60,170 bases of DNA, taken from the NCBI GenBank assembly GCA_043815245.1, contig JBDRJD010000028.1, positions 1-60,170 of the forward strand, written 5' to 3'. The notes below the pieces were generated by a model. That model was not told the DNA's origin. It did no database searches and was given only the letters and a program-made list of their open reading frames with translations. Positions 9,811-18,957 of this stretch are shown piece after piece. The stretch's first letter is position 1, and the number at the start of each line of letters is the position of its first letter. The position numbers and the translations under genes are program-made. The stretch is from an archaeon. Its GTDB lineage: Archaea; Nanobdellota; Nanobdellia; Pacearchaeales; GW2011-AR1.

Positions 9811-10392
9811 ATGAAAATCCCGGTTTTAAAGGGTGAGAAGCGTAGAAAAGCCAGGAGAAAACACTTCCGCACTGAAGTAAGAGAGGTTGCTATTTATAGA
9901 GCTTTTAAGGAGAATGTTTCTAATCCTAAGTCTGTTTTTTATCCTGCTTGCGGGTGGAATATAAGCCCCTCAAAAGTTTTTGAAAATATAACTTTTGTGG
10001 ATCCTAATCCAAATGTGTTCGCTATACTGAAAACTTGCGGATTTGATGCATTTTGGGGATGTATCCAAAACTATGTTCCTGAAGAAGAGCATGATTTACT
10101 TATTTTGCAAGGATTTTACACAGGATTAATAAAAGAAACTTTACGTTTTGTGCCTGAAGAAGGTTATATTCTTCTGGGACCTCTTTATTCAAATTCATTA
10201 GGTTTATCGGGGAGCATGTATGAAGAGGCTAAGATAATCCAATCTACAAAAAGATTTTCATGTTATGGGGAGATTAATTTTGTTGAGCGAAAAAATAAAG
10301 ATAGTAGTGAGGTTACTTTTACAAGAAACTTAGAAGGAAAGTTAGCTGGAACTTCAAAGAGTCATAGATGTAGAAAAAAAAATAGGTGCTGA
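9811..10392 (+). CDS. Hypothetical protein (possible methyltransferase-like fold; possibly frameshifted 3' end)
   Basis: VFYPACG...ITFVDPN resembles a SAM-binding motif I region. TATA box 23 nt upstream of the ATG. Confidence 0.5.
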   Translation: MKIPVLKGEKRRKARRKHFRTEVREVAIYRAFKENVSNPKSVFYPACGWNISPSKVFENITFVDPNPNVFAILKTCGFDAFWGCIQNYVPEEEHDLLILQGFYTGLIKETLRFVPEEGYILLGPLYSNSLGLSGSMYEEAKIIQSTKRFSCYGEINFVERKNKDSSEVTFTRNLEGKLAGTSKSHRCRKKNRC

Positions 10393-10427
10393 CTGGTATA
10401 TATTTAAAAGAGATTAGCAAAGATCAA

Positions 10428-10570
10428 AAAGTTTCAAGAGTTTATCCCCAAGGAATGACTTTTTGAAACTTTAGGATGCATGAAAATTCTGTTAAAGAAT
10501 TTTCTGCCCCGAAAATTTATTAAATTTTCGCTGCTCGGAAATGTTTTCTGGCACTTTACATTTCTGACAT
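10428..10570. repeat. Four-hairpin structured element, copy 1
   Basis: Stems AAAGTTTCAA/TTGAAACTTT, GAAAATTCT/AGAATTTTC, CGAAAATTT/AAATTTTCG and GAAATGT/ACATTTC. Linkers are shared with 23905-24035. Confidence 0.7.
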
Positions 10571-10603
10571 AAGCTTTAAAAATACTAAATAATAGTAATA
10601 TTT

Positions 10604-10981
10604 ATGGATTCGCGTAAAAGAGTATTTTTGACAGTGGTGGGTTTAACAGTTTTAGTTCTGGCTTTTTATTTTGTGGCAATGAATATTACAAAGTATACTG
10701 GATATGTGGCGATTACTGAGAAAGAGGATTATGATAGTTTTGCGCAGTGCTTAACAGATCAGGGAGTGATAATGTATGGGAGTGAGTTATGCGGGCACTG
10801 TAAAAATCAAAAAGAGACATTTGGAGAGTCGTTCAAGTATGTAACTTATGTTGAATGTACTGAACAACCAGAAGCTTGTGCTGGTTTAAGAGGCGTGCCG
10901 GCATGGGATATTAATGGAGAAATAATTTACGGAGAGCAATCTTTAGAGAAATTAGCTGAATTAGCTGGATGTGACTTATAA
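10604..10981 (+). CDS. Membrane-anchored thioredoxin-fold protein (CGHC)
   Basis: N-terminal TM, YG..CGHC..QK..FG, YVEC, GVPAW. Confidence 0.7.
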   Translation: MDSRKRVFLTVVGLTVLVLAFYFVAMNITKYTGYVAITEKEDYDSFAQCLTDQGVIMYGSELCGHCKNQKETFGESFKYVTYVECTEQPEACAGLRGVPAWDINGEIIYGEQSLEKLAELAGCDL

Positions 10982-10998
10982 AAAGAGGAAATTCTAAT

Positions 10999-11187
10999 AT
11001 GGCAAAAGTGAGTGTGGATAAAGAAAAATGCATTGGATGTGGCAACTGTGAGGCTGTAGCTCCAGAAATATTTGTTTTAAAGGGGAGTATGTCAGTAGTG
11101 AGAAAGGCAAGTGTGACTGGAGAAGATGAAAAAAAAGCAAAGGAAGCAAGGGATTCCTGCCCAACTGGTGCGATTATCCTAAAGTAG
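10999..11187 (+). CDS. Single-cluster ferredoxin
   Basis: CIGCGNC...CPTGAI. Confidence 0.85.
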   Translation: MAKVSVDKEKCIGCGNCEAVAPEIFVLKGSMSVVRKASVTGEDEKKAKEARDSCPTGAIILK

Positions 11188-11208
11188 ACTGGTTCTAAAT
11201 GCGAAAGA

Positions 11209-11281
11209 TTTATATATTATGTTAACTATAGTTAACTATACACAGGACACCTACGGTTTCCTCTGTAAAACCTTCCCTTAA
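11209..11281 (+). promoter_or_regulatory. TATA box plus perfect 16-bp palindromic operator plus leader motif, copy 1
   Basis: TTTATA 11209-14; GTTAACTATAGTTAAC 11221-36; ACCTACGG...TTCCCTTAA 11249-81. Spacing is identical to the copy at 15621. Confidence 0.75.
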
Positions 11282-11314
11282 TGGGGGTAAATAAATTTTC
11301 AGTTGGAGGTTAAA

Positions 11315-11683
11315 ATGTATTCTTTACCGCAAGAGATAGAAGTCTGGTACATAATTCCGGGAATTAGAAGAGAACTAGCTAGAGAACTAACACAAAAGCA
11401 TGATTTGACTTATGAGAAGGCTGGAAATATCTTGGGAGTCAGTAAAGCTGCTATCTCGCAGTATTTAAAAAACAAGAGAGCAAAAGAGATTAAATTTTCA
11501 GATAGCGTTAAAAAGGAGATTGAGAAGTCAGCGAAGGTCATAGTTAAAGATAATAAGATGGCTGTAAGGGAGATTATGAGGCTAATTTCAGTTGTGAAAA
11601 AGTCCAAATGTGCATGCGACATCTGTAAAAAGCATAATAAAGGAATCTTAGATATATGCGAGGGAAAAGTGAAAGAGTGTTAA
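11315..11683 (+). CDS. HTH transcriptional regulator (COG2522-like) with C-terminal Cys cluster
   Basis: PQEIEVWYIIP.IRRELA, HTH AG.ILGVSKAAISQYL, C-terminal CACDICKKH...C. GGAGGT SD precedes ATG 11315. Confidence 0.75.
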   Translation: MYSLPQEIEVWYIIPGIRRELARELTQKHDLTYEKAGNILGVSKAAISQYLKNKRAKEIKFSDSVKKEIEKSAKVIVKDNKMAVREIMRLISVVKKSKCACDICKKHNKGILDICEGKVKEC

Positions 11684-11692
11684 TTTAGGATT

Positions 11693-11845
11693 ATGAGAAT
11701 AAAATTTTGCCCAAAATGTAAAGATAGTGATCTCGTAATGGTTGCTGGAGCGCACATAGGCATGTGGAGATGTAAAAAGTGCGGGTTTACAGGCGCGATA
11801 TTTCCAGAAAAAGAAATAGAAAAACCTAAGAAAAAGAAAAAATGA
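11693..11845 (+). CDS. 50-aa Zn-ribbon protein (not in ORF track)
   Basis: MRIKFCPKCK...WRCKKCGFTG; ATGA overlap with iscS. Confidence 0.7.
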   Translation: MRIKFCPKCKDSDLVMVAGAHIGMWRCKKCGFTGAIFPEKEIEKPKKKKK

Positions 11846-12972
11846 AAGTTTACTTAGATAATGCTGCAACAACAAAGGTAGATAAGGAAGTAGTTGAAGC
11901 TATGATTCCGTATTTTAGTGAAAAGTTTGGCAATGCGTCAAGTTTGCACAAAAAAGGAGAGGAAGCAAGAAAGGCTGTTGAAGATGCGCGAGGAAAAATT
12001 GCTAAATTTTTGGGAGCTAATCCAGAAGAAATTATTTTTACTTCTGGGGGGACTGAATCTGATAATCTTGCAATTAAGGGCTTAATCCACGAAAATAAAT
12101 CAAAAAGGCATATTATTACTAGTAAGATAGAACATCCAGCAATTTTAGAAACCTGCAGATTTTTAGAGAAGAAAGGTTATGAAGTGGACTATGTTTCAGT
12201 TAATAAAGAGGGGGTGGTGAATATTGAGGAGATAAAAAAGAAAATTAAAAAAGATACGCTTCTTGTGAGTATAATGCATGTTAATAATGAACTAGGAACC
12301 ATTCAGCCAATTGAAGAGATTGCAGAATTGTGTAGAAAACAAAAAGTATACTTTCATACTGACGCTGTTCAAAGTTTTGGGAAGCTAAAAATAAACCTGG
12401 AAAATATAGATTTGTTAAGCGTATCCGGGCATAAGATAAATGGACCTAAAGGAATAGGTATGCTCTTTGTAAAGAAGGGCGTGAAAATCTCGTGCATAAT
12501 CCATGGAGGGAAGCATGAAAGAGGGCTAAGAGCAGGTACAGAAAATGTCCCGGGAATTGTTGGACTTGGAAAAGCTGTAGAGCTGTTAGATAAAAAAATG
12601 AAAAGTGCTGAAAAAGTTAGGAAATTAAAAAATAAACTAACAGAAGAGATACTGAAAATTGAGGGCGCGGGGCTAAATGGGGGCCATGAAAAAAGAATAT
12701 TTAGTAATGTTAATGTTTCATTTAAAGGTGTTGAGGGCGAGAGTTTAGTGCTATTGTTAAGTAAAGAAGGTGTGGAAGCAAGTACAGGTAGTGCGTGTTC
12801 AACGCATTCGCTAAAACCAAGCCATGTTTTAACTGCACTTGGTTTAAAAGAGGAAGAAGCTCATGGAAGTTTAAGATTAACTTTAGGGTTTGATACAACA
12901 GAAGAAGAGATTGATTATACTATTAAAAAAATAAAAGAATCAGTACATAAATTAAGGAGGATTGCAGGATGA
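11842..12972 (+). CDS. iscS: Cysteine desulfurase (IscS/NifS)
   Basis: YLDNAAT, FTSGGTES, HTDAVQ, SGHK (PLP Lys), GSAC catalytic Cys. Confidence 0.93.
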   Translation: MKVYLDNAATTKVDKEVVEAMIPYFSEKFGNASSLHKKGEEARKAVEDARGKIAKFLGANPEEIIFTSGGTESDNLAIKGLIHENKSKRHIITSKIEHPAILETCRFLEKKGYEVDYVSVNKEGVVNIEEIKKKIKKDTLLVSIMHVNNELGTIQPIEEIAELCRKQKVYFHTDAVQSFGKLKINLENIDLLSVSGHKINGPKGIGMLFVKKGVKISCIIHGGKHERGLRAGTENVPGIVGLGKAVELLDKKMKSAEKVRKLKNKLTEEILKIEGAGLNGGHEKRIFSNVNVSFKGVEGESLVLLLSKEGVEASTGSACSTHSLKPSHVLTALGLKEEEAHGSLRLTLGFDTTEEEIDYTIKKIKESVHKLRRIAG

Positions 12973-13550
12973 GCCTGCCAATTACAAGAGAAAAGGCAAT
13001 TGAATTGCTTAAAAAGTATAATAAAGATAAGCAAGATTTTAATCACTATTTAGAAAGTGAAGCAATAATGAGGAAACTAGCCGAAAAGTTGGAAGAAGAT
13101 GCAGATTATTGGGCAATGCTTGGACTTTTGCATGATATCGACTGGGGGATCACTAAGCAAGATACTAAGATCCACATGTCTAAAGCACCTGAGATATTAA
13201 AAGAGGCGGGTTTTGATGAAGAGTTTATTGAAACTGTGCTGTCTCATGGTTATGGGTTTGAAATACCCGGATTTGAAGATAAGAAAAGATCGAATAAAAC
13301 AGAGTATGCTCTGGCTTGTTCAGAAACCATCACGGGTCTGATTCATGCATATGCCTTAATGCGGGGCAGTAAGATAAGTGATATGGAAGTAAGCGGTTTG
13401 AAAAAAAAGTTTAAGGATAAAAGGTTTGCAGCAGCTGTAAGGAGAGATATTATTAGAGAGTGTGAAGGGCTAGGGTTGAGTCTAGAGGAGTTTTTTGAAG
13501 TTGCAATTAATGCTATTAAAGAAATTAAAGAGGAGGTCGGGTTAACATGA
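12969..13550 (+). CDS. HD/HDIG metal-dependent phosphohydrolase
   Basis: [23 protein letters not shown]. Confidence 0.8.
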   Translation: MSLPITREKAIELLKKYNKDKQDFNHYLESEAIMRKLAEKLEEDADYWAMLGLLHDIDWGITKQDTKIHMSKAPEILKEAGFDEEFIETVLSHGYGFEIPGFEDKKRSNKTEYALACSETITGLIHAYALMRGSKISDMEVSGLKKKFKDKRFAAAVRRDIIRECEGLGLSLEEFFEVAINAIKEIKEEVGLT

Positions 13551-14083
13551 AAATGTTTGAAGATATAAAGGCAATTTATAGGAATGATCCCGCTGCAAAA
13601 AATATTGAATTTTTGCTATATCCAAGTTGGCACGCTATACTTATCCACAGATGGATAGCACACCCGCTTTATTACATAAAAATCCCATTTATCCCAAGGT
13701 TAGTCTCACAAATTTCTCGTTTCCTAACAGGCATTGAGATTCACCCAGGAGCAAAAATAGGCCGTGGATTTTTCATAGATCATGGTATGGGGACAGTTAT
13801 TGGGGCGACAGCAGAAATTGGGAAAAACTGTGTAATGTATCATAATGTAACCCTTGGGGGAACAGGAAAGGAAGAGGGCAAAAGACACCCCACAATAGGA
13901 GATAATGTAATTATTGGCGTTGGATCCATATTACTTGGTTCAATGACTGTAGGAGATAATGTAAAAATTGGGGCAGATACATTCATAATAAATAAAAATG
14001 TTCCTTCATATTGCACTGTTGTAGGCACTCCTGGCCGGATTGTAAAGATAAAAAATAAAAAAGTCAATATTAAATTAAAATAA
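13547..14083 (+). CDS. cysE: Serine O-acetyltransferase
   Basis: [38 protein letters not shown]. Confidence 0.9.
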   Translation: MKMFEDIKAIYRNDPAAKNIEFLLYPSWHAILIHRWIAHPLYYIKIPFIPRLVSQISRFLTGIEIHPGAKIGRGFFIDHGMGTVIGATAEIGKNCVMYHNVTLGGTGKEEGKRHPTIGDNVIIGVGSILLGSMTVGDNVKIGADTFIINKNVPSYCTVVGTPGRIVKIKNKKVNIKLK

Positions 14084-14084
14084 A

Positions 14085-14306
14085 ATGGGGGAAATAATAG
14101 CAAACATGAAAATAACAAAAAAATCGAAATTTAGTGAGATTTTAATGAACAAGCCAAAGGCAGCTGAGATTTTAATGGAAAAGGGCATGCACTGTGTAGG
14201 ATGTCCTATGTCAATGCAAGAAACTTTAGAACAGGGCTGCAAGGCACATGGGATGACAGAAAAAGAGATTCAGAGGCTGCTAGACCAATTAAATAAACTA
14301 AAATAA
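14085..14306 (+). CDS. DUF1858 / hybrid-cluster-associated redox domain protein
   Basis: GMHCVGCP...ETLEQG...HG. Confidence 0.8.
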   Translation: MGEIIANMKITKKSKFSEILMNKPKAAEILMEKGMHCVGCPMSMQETLEQGCKAHGMTEKEIQRLLDQLNKLK

Positions 14307-14310
14307 TAAA

Positions 14311-14688
14311 ATGGAATACTCAAAAAAAGTTATGCAGAACTTTTTCCATCCGAAGAATATGGGCAAGATAGAGGATGCTGATGGGATTGGAAGGGTTGGC
14401 AACCCAAGATGCGGGGATATTATGACGGTTTATATAAAGGTTGGAAAAAGGGGAAACGAAGATTATATAAAGGATATTCGGTTTCAAACCCTAGGATGTG
14501 CAGCTGCAATAGCTACATCTTCAATGATTACTCAACTAGCTAAGGGAAAAAGCTTGGATGAGGCAAGTAAAATTACAAGAGAGGAGATTGCTAAGAATCT
14601 GAAGGGACTTCCTCCGATTAAGATGCATTGTTCAAATTTGGCGGCAGATGCACTAAAAAAAGCAATTAAAGATTATCAAAAAGAATGA
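14311..14688 (+). CDS. iscU: Fe-S scaffold IscU/NifU
   Basis: YS..V...F.HP.N.G, GNPRCGD, GCAAAIA, K.HCS.LA. Confidence 0.93.
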   Translation: MEYSKKVMQNFFHPKNMGKIEDADGIGRVGNPRCGDIMTVYIKVGKRGNEDYIKDIRFQTLGCAAAIATSSMITQLAKGKSLDEASKITREEIAKNLKGLPPIKMHCSNLAADALKKAIKDYQKE

Positions 14689-15209
14689 GGACGATTGTAA
14701 CCTTGCTAAGTGTATTGGTTTTAGTGTTAGTAGGCTTATTACTAGTTGTAGGAGTTATGTTATACTCAACAATAAATGATGAAGTAAAAAAAGGGGCTTT
14801 AGAGTTTAGTGGAGTTGAGAATGGTGTTATTAATAATTCTGAGGCTTCATTTATGAAAGTTGAGCTAAATACTGAAAGTTTAGCGCTGGAAACAGAATCA
14901 TATCAGGAAAATTTAAAAAATACAGAGAATATTATTGAAGTAGATGATAGAGGTTTTTACATTGCAAACAGTTTAGTTTCAGGGTTATCGATTAGTAAGG
15001 GAGAGAATGTCAGGATTACGCTGAAGGTTAGGGGCTTAAATACTCAATTTGATGGACTTGATTTTAGAGGGTGCGGGGTGAATATAGGAAAGATTGATAG
15101 CGGAAAGTCAGAAACATTAGAATTAAAAGGGATAAATACGTGTTATATAGATGCATATTGGCCTTCAACTAATGCTATGAAGGCAAGATTAATGCTTAAT
15201 GTAAACTAA
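14685..15209 (+). CDS. Hypothetical membrane-anchored protein
   Basis: N-terminal hydrophobic helix; ATGA overlap with iscU. Confidence 0.55.
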   Translation: MRTIVTLLSVLVLVLVGLLLVVGVMLYSTINDEVKKGALEFSGVENGVINNSEASFMKVELNTESLALETESYQENLKNTENIIEVDDRGFYIANSLVSGLSISKGENVRITLKVRGLNTQFDGLDFRGCGVNIGKIDSGKSETLELKGINTCYIDAYWPSTNAMKARLMLNVN

Positions 15210-15238
15210 TGTTTAAGAAATGAAAGGGGGTTGATAAA

Positions 15239-15571
15239 ATGGCAAAAAAATCAAAAGGACTTGGAGGATGGGCATTCCTAATTGGGGTGATTCTTGCAAT
15301 TGTCTTTGCATTAATTGGTAGCCTTTCTAGCGGATTATTAATAGCTTTAGTAGTAATTGGATTGATAGTAGGATTATTGAATGTTACAGATGAAGAATCA
15401 ACACATTTCCTATTGTCTAGTGTAGCTTTAGTAATTGTGGCTGCATTTGGTTCAAATGTAGTTTCAGCTATTGATGTACTTGACAGGGTTCTGAATGCAT
15501 TGCTTGCAATCTTTGTACCAGCTACAATTGTAGTGGCTATAAGGAATGTTATGTCCATTGCAAAACACTAA
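15239..15571 (+). CDS. Hypothetical multi-pass membrane protein
   Basis: Hydrophobic helices, G..VGLLNV...E...FL; AGGGG SD upstream. Confidence 0.65.
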   Translation: MAKKSKGLGGWAFLIGVILAIVFALIGSLSSGLLIALVVIGLIVGLLNVTDEESTHFLLSSVALVIVAAFGSNVVSAIDVLDRVLNALLAIFVPATIVVAIRNVMSIAKH

Positions 15572-15620
15572 ACACCAACTTTTCTATTTTTATTTTTCTG
15601 GATTTCGTATATAGTAAACA

Positions 15621-15719
15621 TTTATATACTTTGTTAACTATAGTTAACTAAGCACGAGATACCTACGGTTTCTTCTGTAGGATCTTCCCTTAAGACAACA
15701 CCTAGGGCTAACTAAGCAC
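15621..15719 (+). promoter_or_regulatory. TATA box plus palindromic operator plus leader motif, copy 2, with 11-bp direct repeat
   Basis: TTTATA 15621-26; GTTAACTATAGTTAAC 15633-48; ACCTACGG...TTCCCTTAA 15661-93; TAACTAAGCAC at 15645-55 and 15709-19. Confidence 0.75.
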
Positions 15720-15815
15720 ATATTCTTTCGTTCTTAATTTGGAGGTAAATTAAAATGGGCGGGAAATTAAGAAGCTTATGAAAACTGTTAAATAGGCTAG
15801 AAAACTAGAACTAAA

Positions 15816-16409
15816 ATGAGGTTTTCAGAAAAAGAGATAAAAGATTTGTTTTTTGCTTGGATTATGATTTCTCTAGCTTTTGCTATTTTATTTTCTGGAG
15901 GATTAAGCTTTTTTTCTTCACTAAATAAATTTGTAATTGCCTTGGGAATCTCAGCTTTTACAGTAGGAATTGGGTTTTTGTTTCACGAATTAATGCATAA
16001 GTATTATGCGCAAAGATATAGACTTTGGGCGGAATTTAGGGCTTTTTATAATATGCTATGGCTGGCTTTGGCTCTATCTTTATTTGGGTTTATTATTGCA
16101 GCTCCTGGAGCGGTTATGATAAGAGGTTACCTTAACAAGGAACAGCACGGTAAGATCTCGTTAGCAGGGCCTGCAACTAATATTGTTTTGGCGGCAATAT
16201 TTTTAGTTCCACTAGTTTTACTGAAACCAGTAGGTGTACTAAATCTATTATTTTCATATGGGCTGACAATTAATGCATTACTGGCTCTGTTTAATATGAT
16301 TCCTGTTCAGCCTTTTGATGGGGGTAAGATTTATAACTGGAATCGGACTGTATACTTTATTACTACTTTAATAGCCTTAGGGCTGTTTATTTTAAGTTTT
16401 ATATTTTAG
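15816..16409 (+). CDS. Site-2 protease (M50) family Zn metalloprotease
   Basis: HELMH, AAPGAV, SLAGP..N, FNMIP..PFDG. Confidence 0.85.
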   Translation: MRFSEKEIKDLFFAWIMISLAFAILFSGGLSFFSSLNKFVIALGISAFTVGIGFLFHELMHKYYAQRYRLWAEFRAFYNMLWLALALSLFGFIIAAPGAVMIRGYLNKEQHGKISLAGPATNIVLAAIFLVPLVLLKPVGVLNLLFSYGLTINALLALFNMIPVQPFDGGKIYNWNRTVYFITTLIALGLFILSFIF

Positions 16410-16418
16410 GAGGTAAAC

Positions 16419-16652
16419 ATGGCAAAAAAAGTAATTGTATATTCAACAGAAACATGCCCCTGGTGTCACAGAGTTAAGGATTGGTTAAAAGAAAAAAAGG
16501 TTAAGTTTGAAGATAAGAATGTTGCTGAAGATGCTAATGCTGCGCAGGAAGCAGTTGAAAAGAGTGGACAAATGGGAGTTCCGGTGATTGATGTAGATGG
16601 AGAGATTATTGTTGGTTTTGACAAAGAGAAGTTAGAAAAGGCTTTGAAATAA
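16419..16652 (+). CDS. Glutaredoxin/NrdH-like redoxin
   Basis: YSTETCPWC, SGQMGVPVI, IVGFD; GGAGGT SD. Confidence 0.85.
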   Translation: MAKKVIVYSTETCPWCHRVKDWLKEKKVKFEDKNVAEDANAAQEAVEKSGQMGVPVIDVDGEIIVGFDKEKLEKALK

Positions 16653-16656
16653 AACT

Positions 16657-17058
16657 TTACCTTGGGGCAGGTGTTTGACTAACTTTTTTATTATTTGTAG
16701 CTGCAGGTTTTCTATGTGGAATTTGATTATTTTTTACTTTTTCTGCTAAGCTTTCTTTATGGGCTGAAGTCAGTAACTGATATGAAAGAGTTTTATAGCC
16801 ATCTCCAAGAAGGCAGGCGCTAAATACTAAAGAGTAAGCATCTTTTTCAAGGCCTGACAATCCTCTGATTTCTTTGTATAGTTCAGTTTGCAGACGCTTT
16901 TGGTAAGAATCTTCACCAACTGGTCCTTCTGGGATTGCAAGCTCATTCCTAACTTGTTGCTTAACATTAGAGTATCTTTGTTGAGCGAGAGCTATTAAAA
17001 AAAGTGTTTCAGTATCTATTTCTGAAGTGTTGTTTTTATTTCTATTAAATATTCCCAT
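16657..17058 (-). CDS. Hypothetical protein
   Basis: ORF with a TATA box exactly 23 nt upstream (17082-87), supporting real expression. Confidence 0.55.
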   Translation of the reverse strand: MGIFNRNKNNTSEIDTETLFLIALAQQRYSNVKQQVRNELAIPEGPVGEDSYQKRLQTELYKEIRGLSGLEKDAYSLVFSACLLGDGYKTLSYQLLTSAHKESLAEKVKNNQIPHRKPAATNNKKVSQTPAPR

Positions 17059-17133
17059 TTAGGGGTTAGTTTTATTGGTTTTATAAAGTTATTGTAATCA
17101 ATAAAAACAGAAAGTAATAAAAATAATGAATAC

Positions 17134-17586
17134 TTGGACTTTCAAAGAATAATGGAAGACTTTATTGAATCTCTGAAAGCAGAGCATGAAGACATTGAAA
17201 GGGAGTTAATGGAATTAGAGGTTATTGCCCAATCCCAGATTGTTAATTATTCTAATTTGTTGCATGTATTTAAGAAAATTGTTGCTTTATGGGACCATCA
17301 TGAAAAAAAAGAGGAGTTAATTTTTCCTAAGTTGAAAAGGAGTAATATCCTTATTCCTGTTGAGAAAATGTTATTTGACCATAGAGAGTTAAAGCCATAT
17401 AAAGATACAATAAAAAGAGCAATAGAATCTGGAAGTGAGTTTGAGGTTAAAAGAGCTCTGCGAGTTTCTGGGAAAGTGATAAGTGAGAAATTAAGAGAAC
17501 ATATTCAAGATGAAGAAAATGCCTTGTTTTCAGCGGTACTAGACCAATACACAAAAGAAGAGCTTAACAAAATTTGGGCGGGCTAG
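17134..17586 (+). CDS. Hemerythrin/HHE cation-binding domain protein
   Basis: L..EH, HH.KKEE..FP, M..DH, EHI..EE..LF. Start uncertain (TTG). Confidence 0.75.
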   Translation: MDFQRIMEDFIESLKAEHEDIERELMELEVIAQSQIVNYSNLLHVFKKIVALWDHHEKKEELIFPKLKRSNILIPVEKMLFDHRELKPYKDTIKRAIESGSEFEVKRALRVSGKVISEKLREHIQDEENALFSAVLDQYTKEELNKIWAG

Positions 17587-18428
17587 TGCTTCTTTTTTCT
17601 AGTTTTTCTTTGCTTTTTCTTTACCTTCCTATAGATAATTATCGTAAGGATAAGAATTATTAAGAATATTATCAATAAATAAATTAAAAACCAGAAGTCA
17701 AGTGCGATTAATCCAATAAAAGGAATTTCAACTGTAGGAATTATTTCTACACACTCGCGGATTTCAACTTTTGTTTCTTCACATGAATTCAGGTCGTTGC
17801 ATACTCTTTGCTGCGTGCTTTTCTTACAGCTTGTCCAGTCAGAACATTCCCATTTTACAAAGCAGGGGTTAAATTCTGAGTCATCTAAAAGATTAGTACA
17901 CCCAGGATCATCAATAAAATCTACTAAACCATCCTCATCATTGTCAATACCATCTTCACACTCCCTTGGAGGAAACCTTGAACCTCCTCCACCTCCACCA
18001 CTAGGCGGCTGTTCTGGAGAAAAGGCACAGAGAGATTCATTAAAATAACAATCTGAAGTGCAATTTAAGATTCCGTAAGCATATCCTAAAGAGCTACAAG
18101 TCTGGTTAGCTAGGTTTGAGAGGTCGCATTCTTCTCCATAATCTACATTGTTATCTCCACAAAAAGAAGTTACTTGAAAGCTACCTGAAACCTCAAAGGC
18201 AGTAGCTAACTCTAAATCGGATTTGAAAAAATCTATGATACTTTTAAAAAACTCTTTGACTTTAGAAAAAAATCCTTCGCCATTTTCTTGTACATCAGCA
18301 AGAGTCTCATTACCTTCAATTACTCCTCCTGTAATTACAAATCTGCCAGTAGTGGATTTAGCTGAAACTAAGAAAGTTCCAGATATAATAATAAGTAAGA
18401 AGATAACTACTGTAAGACGCATTTTCAC
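17583..18428 (-). CDS. Surface protein: signal peptide, Cys-rich repeats, poly-Gly, TSP1-like module, C-terminal TM anchor
   Basis: FCGDNNVDYGEECD, CEDGIDNDEDGLVD..DDPGC, W.CS.W..C....Q.R.C, TM followed by a basic tail. Confidence 0.7.
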   Translation of the reverse strand: MKMRLTVVIFLLIIISGTFLVSAKSTTGRFVITGGVIEGNETLADVQENGEGFFSKVKEFFKSIIDFFKSDLELATAFEVSGSFQVTSFCGDNNVDYGEECDLSNLANQTCSSLGYAYGILNCTSDCYFNESLCAFSPEQPPSGGGGGGSRFPPRECEDGIDNDEDGLVDFIDDPGCTNLLDDSEFNPCFVKWECSDWTSCKKSTQQRVCNDLNSCEETKVEIRECVEIIPTVEIPFIGLIALDFWFLIYLLIIFLIILILTIIIYRKVKKKQRKTRKKKH

Positions 18429-18431
18429 CTC

Positions 18432-18956
18432 CTATCTTTTTCTTTTTCTGTACAAGTAAATGATGATTATTGCTAGAAGTATTATTATAGCTATTGATAA
18501 GATTACAATTACTGGAATGAGGTAGCTTGGACTTGGAGGCTCATATAGATTTGGGCCTGATCTCTGAGCAACGGCACTTACTGTTACTGGAAGGCCACAG
18601 GTTTTTATATTGACTGTTGAACCTTCTGATTCAAGAGGCATACACAAAATGCAGAAGGTAGTCTTATAATCCCCGAATGATGCACCTTTAGAAAGAACAA
18701 CTTCTCCTTGAACATTAAAACGCTGGTTTTGAGCTACTGTATAATTGTCTTCTAGAATTATCTGTAAGTTGTCTGAACTTTCTATTTCAGGAATACAAAT
18801 AATGGGAAAGTGGTCAGACTGTATTTGGAAAATAAAGTAATTGTTTTCTCCTGGACGTAATTCCATATTTTGTGGTTGTGGAAAAGTAACTCCTACGGCA
18901 CTGACTACACTAGCTAGGAAAATTCCTAAAAGCAAAGTTAAAATTATTCTTTTCAT
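18432..18956 (-). CDS. Single Ig-like domain membrane protein (DUF916/NEW3-like)
   Basis: Signal peptide, GV.FP...L.PGE...F.F, G.Y...F, C-terminal TM plus RKRKR. Confidence 0.6.
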   Translation of the reverse strand: MKRIILTLLLGIFLASVVSAVGVTFPQPQNMELRPGENNYFIFQIQSDHFPIICIPEIESSDNLQIILEDNYTVAQNQRFNVQGEVVLSKGASFGDYKTTFCILCMPLESEGSTVNIKTCGLPVTVSAVAQRSGPNLYEPPSPSYLIPVIVILSIAIIILLAIIIIYLYRKRKR

Positions 18957-18957
18957 T

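Noticed and set aside
11250-11256. CCTACGG resembling the 16S 341F primer site
   Set aside because: The match is only 7 nt and there is no rRNA context.
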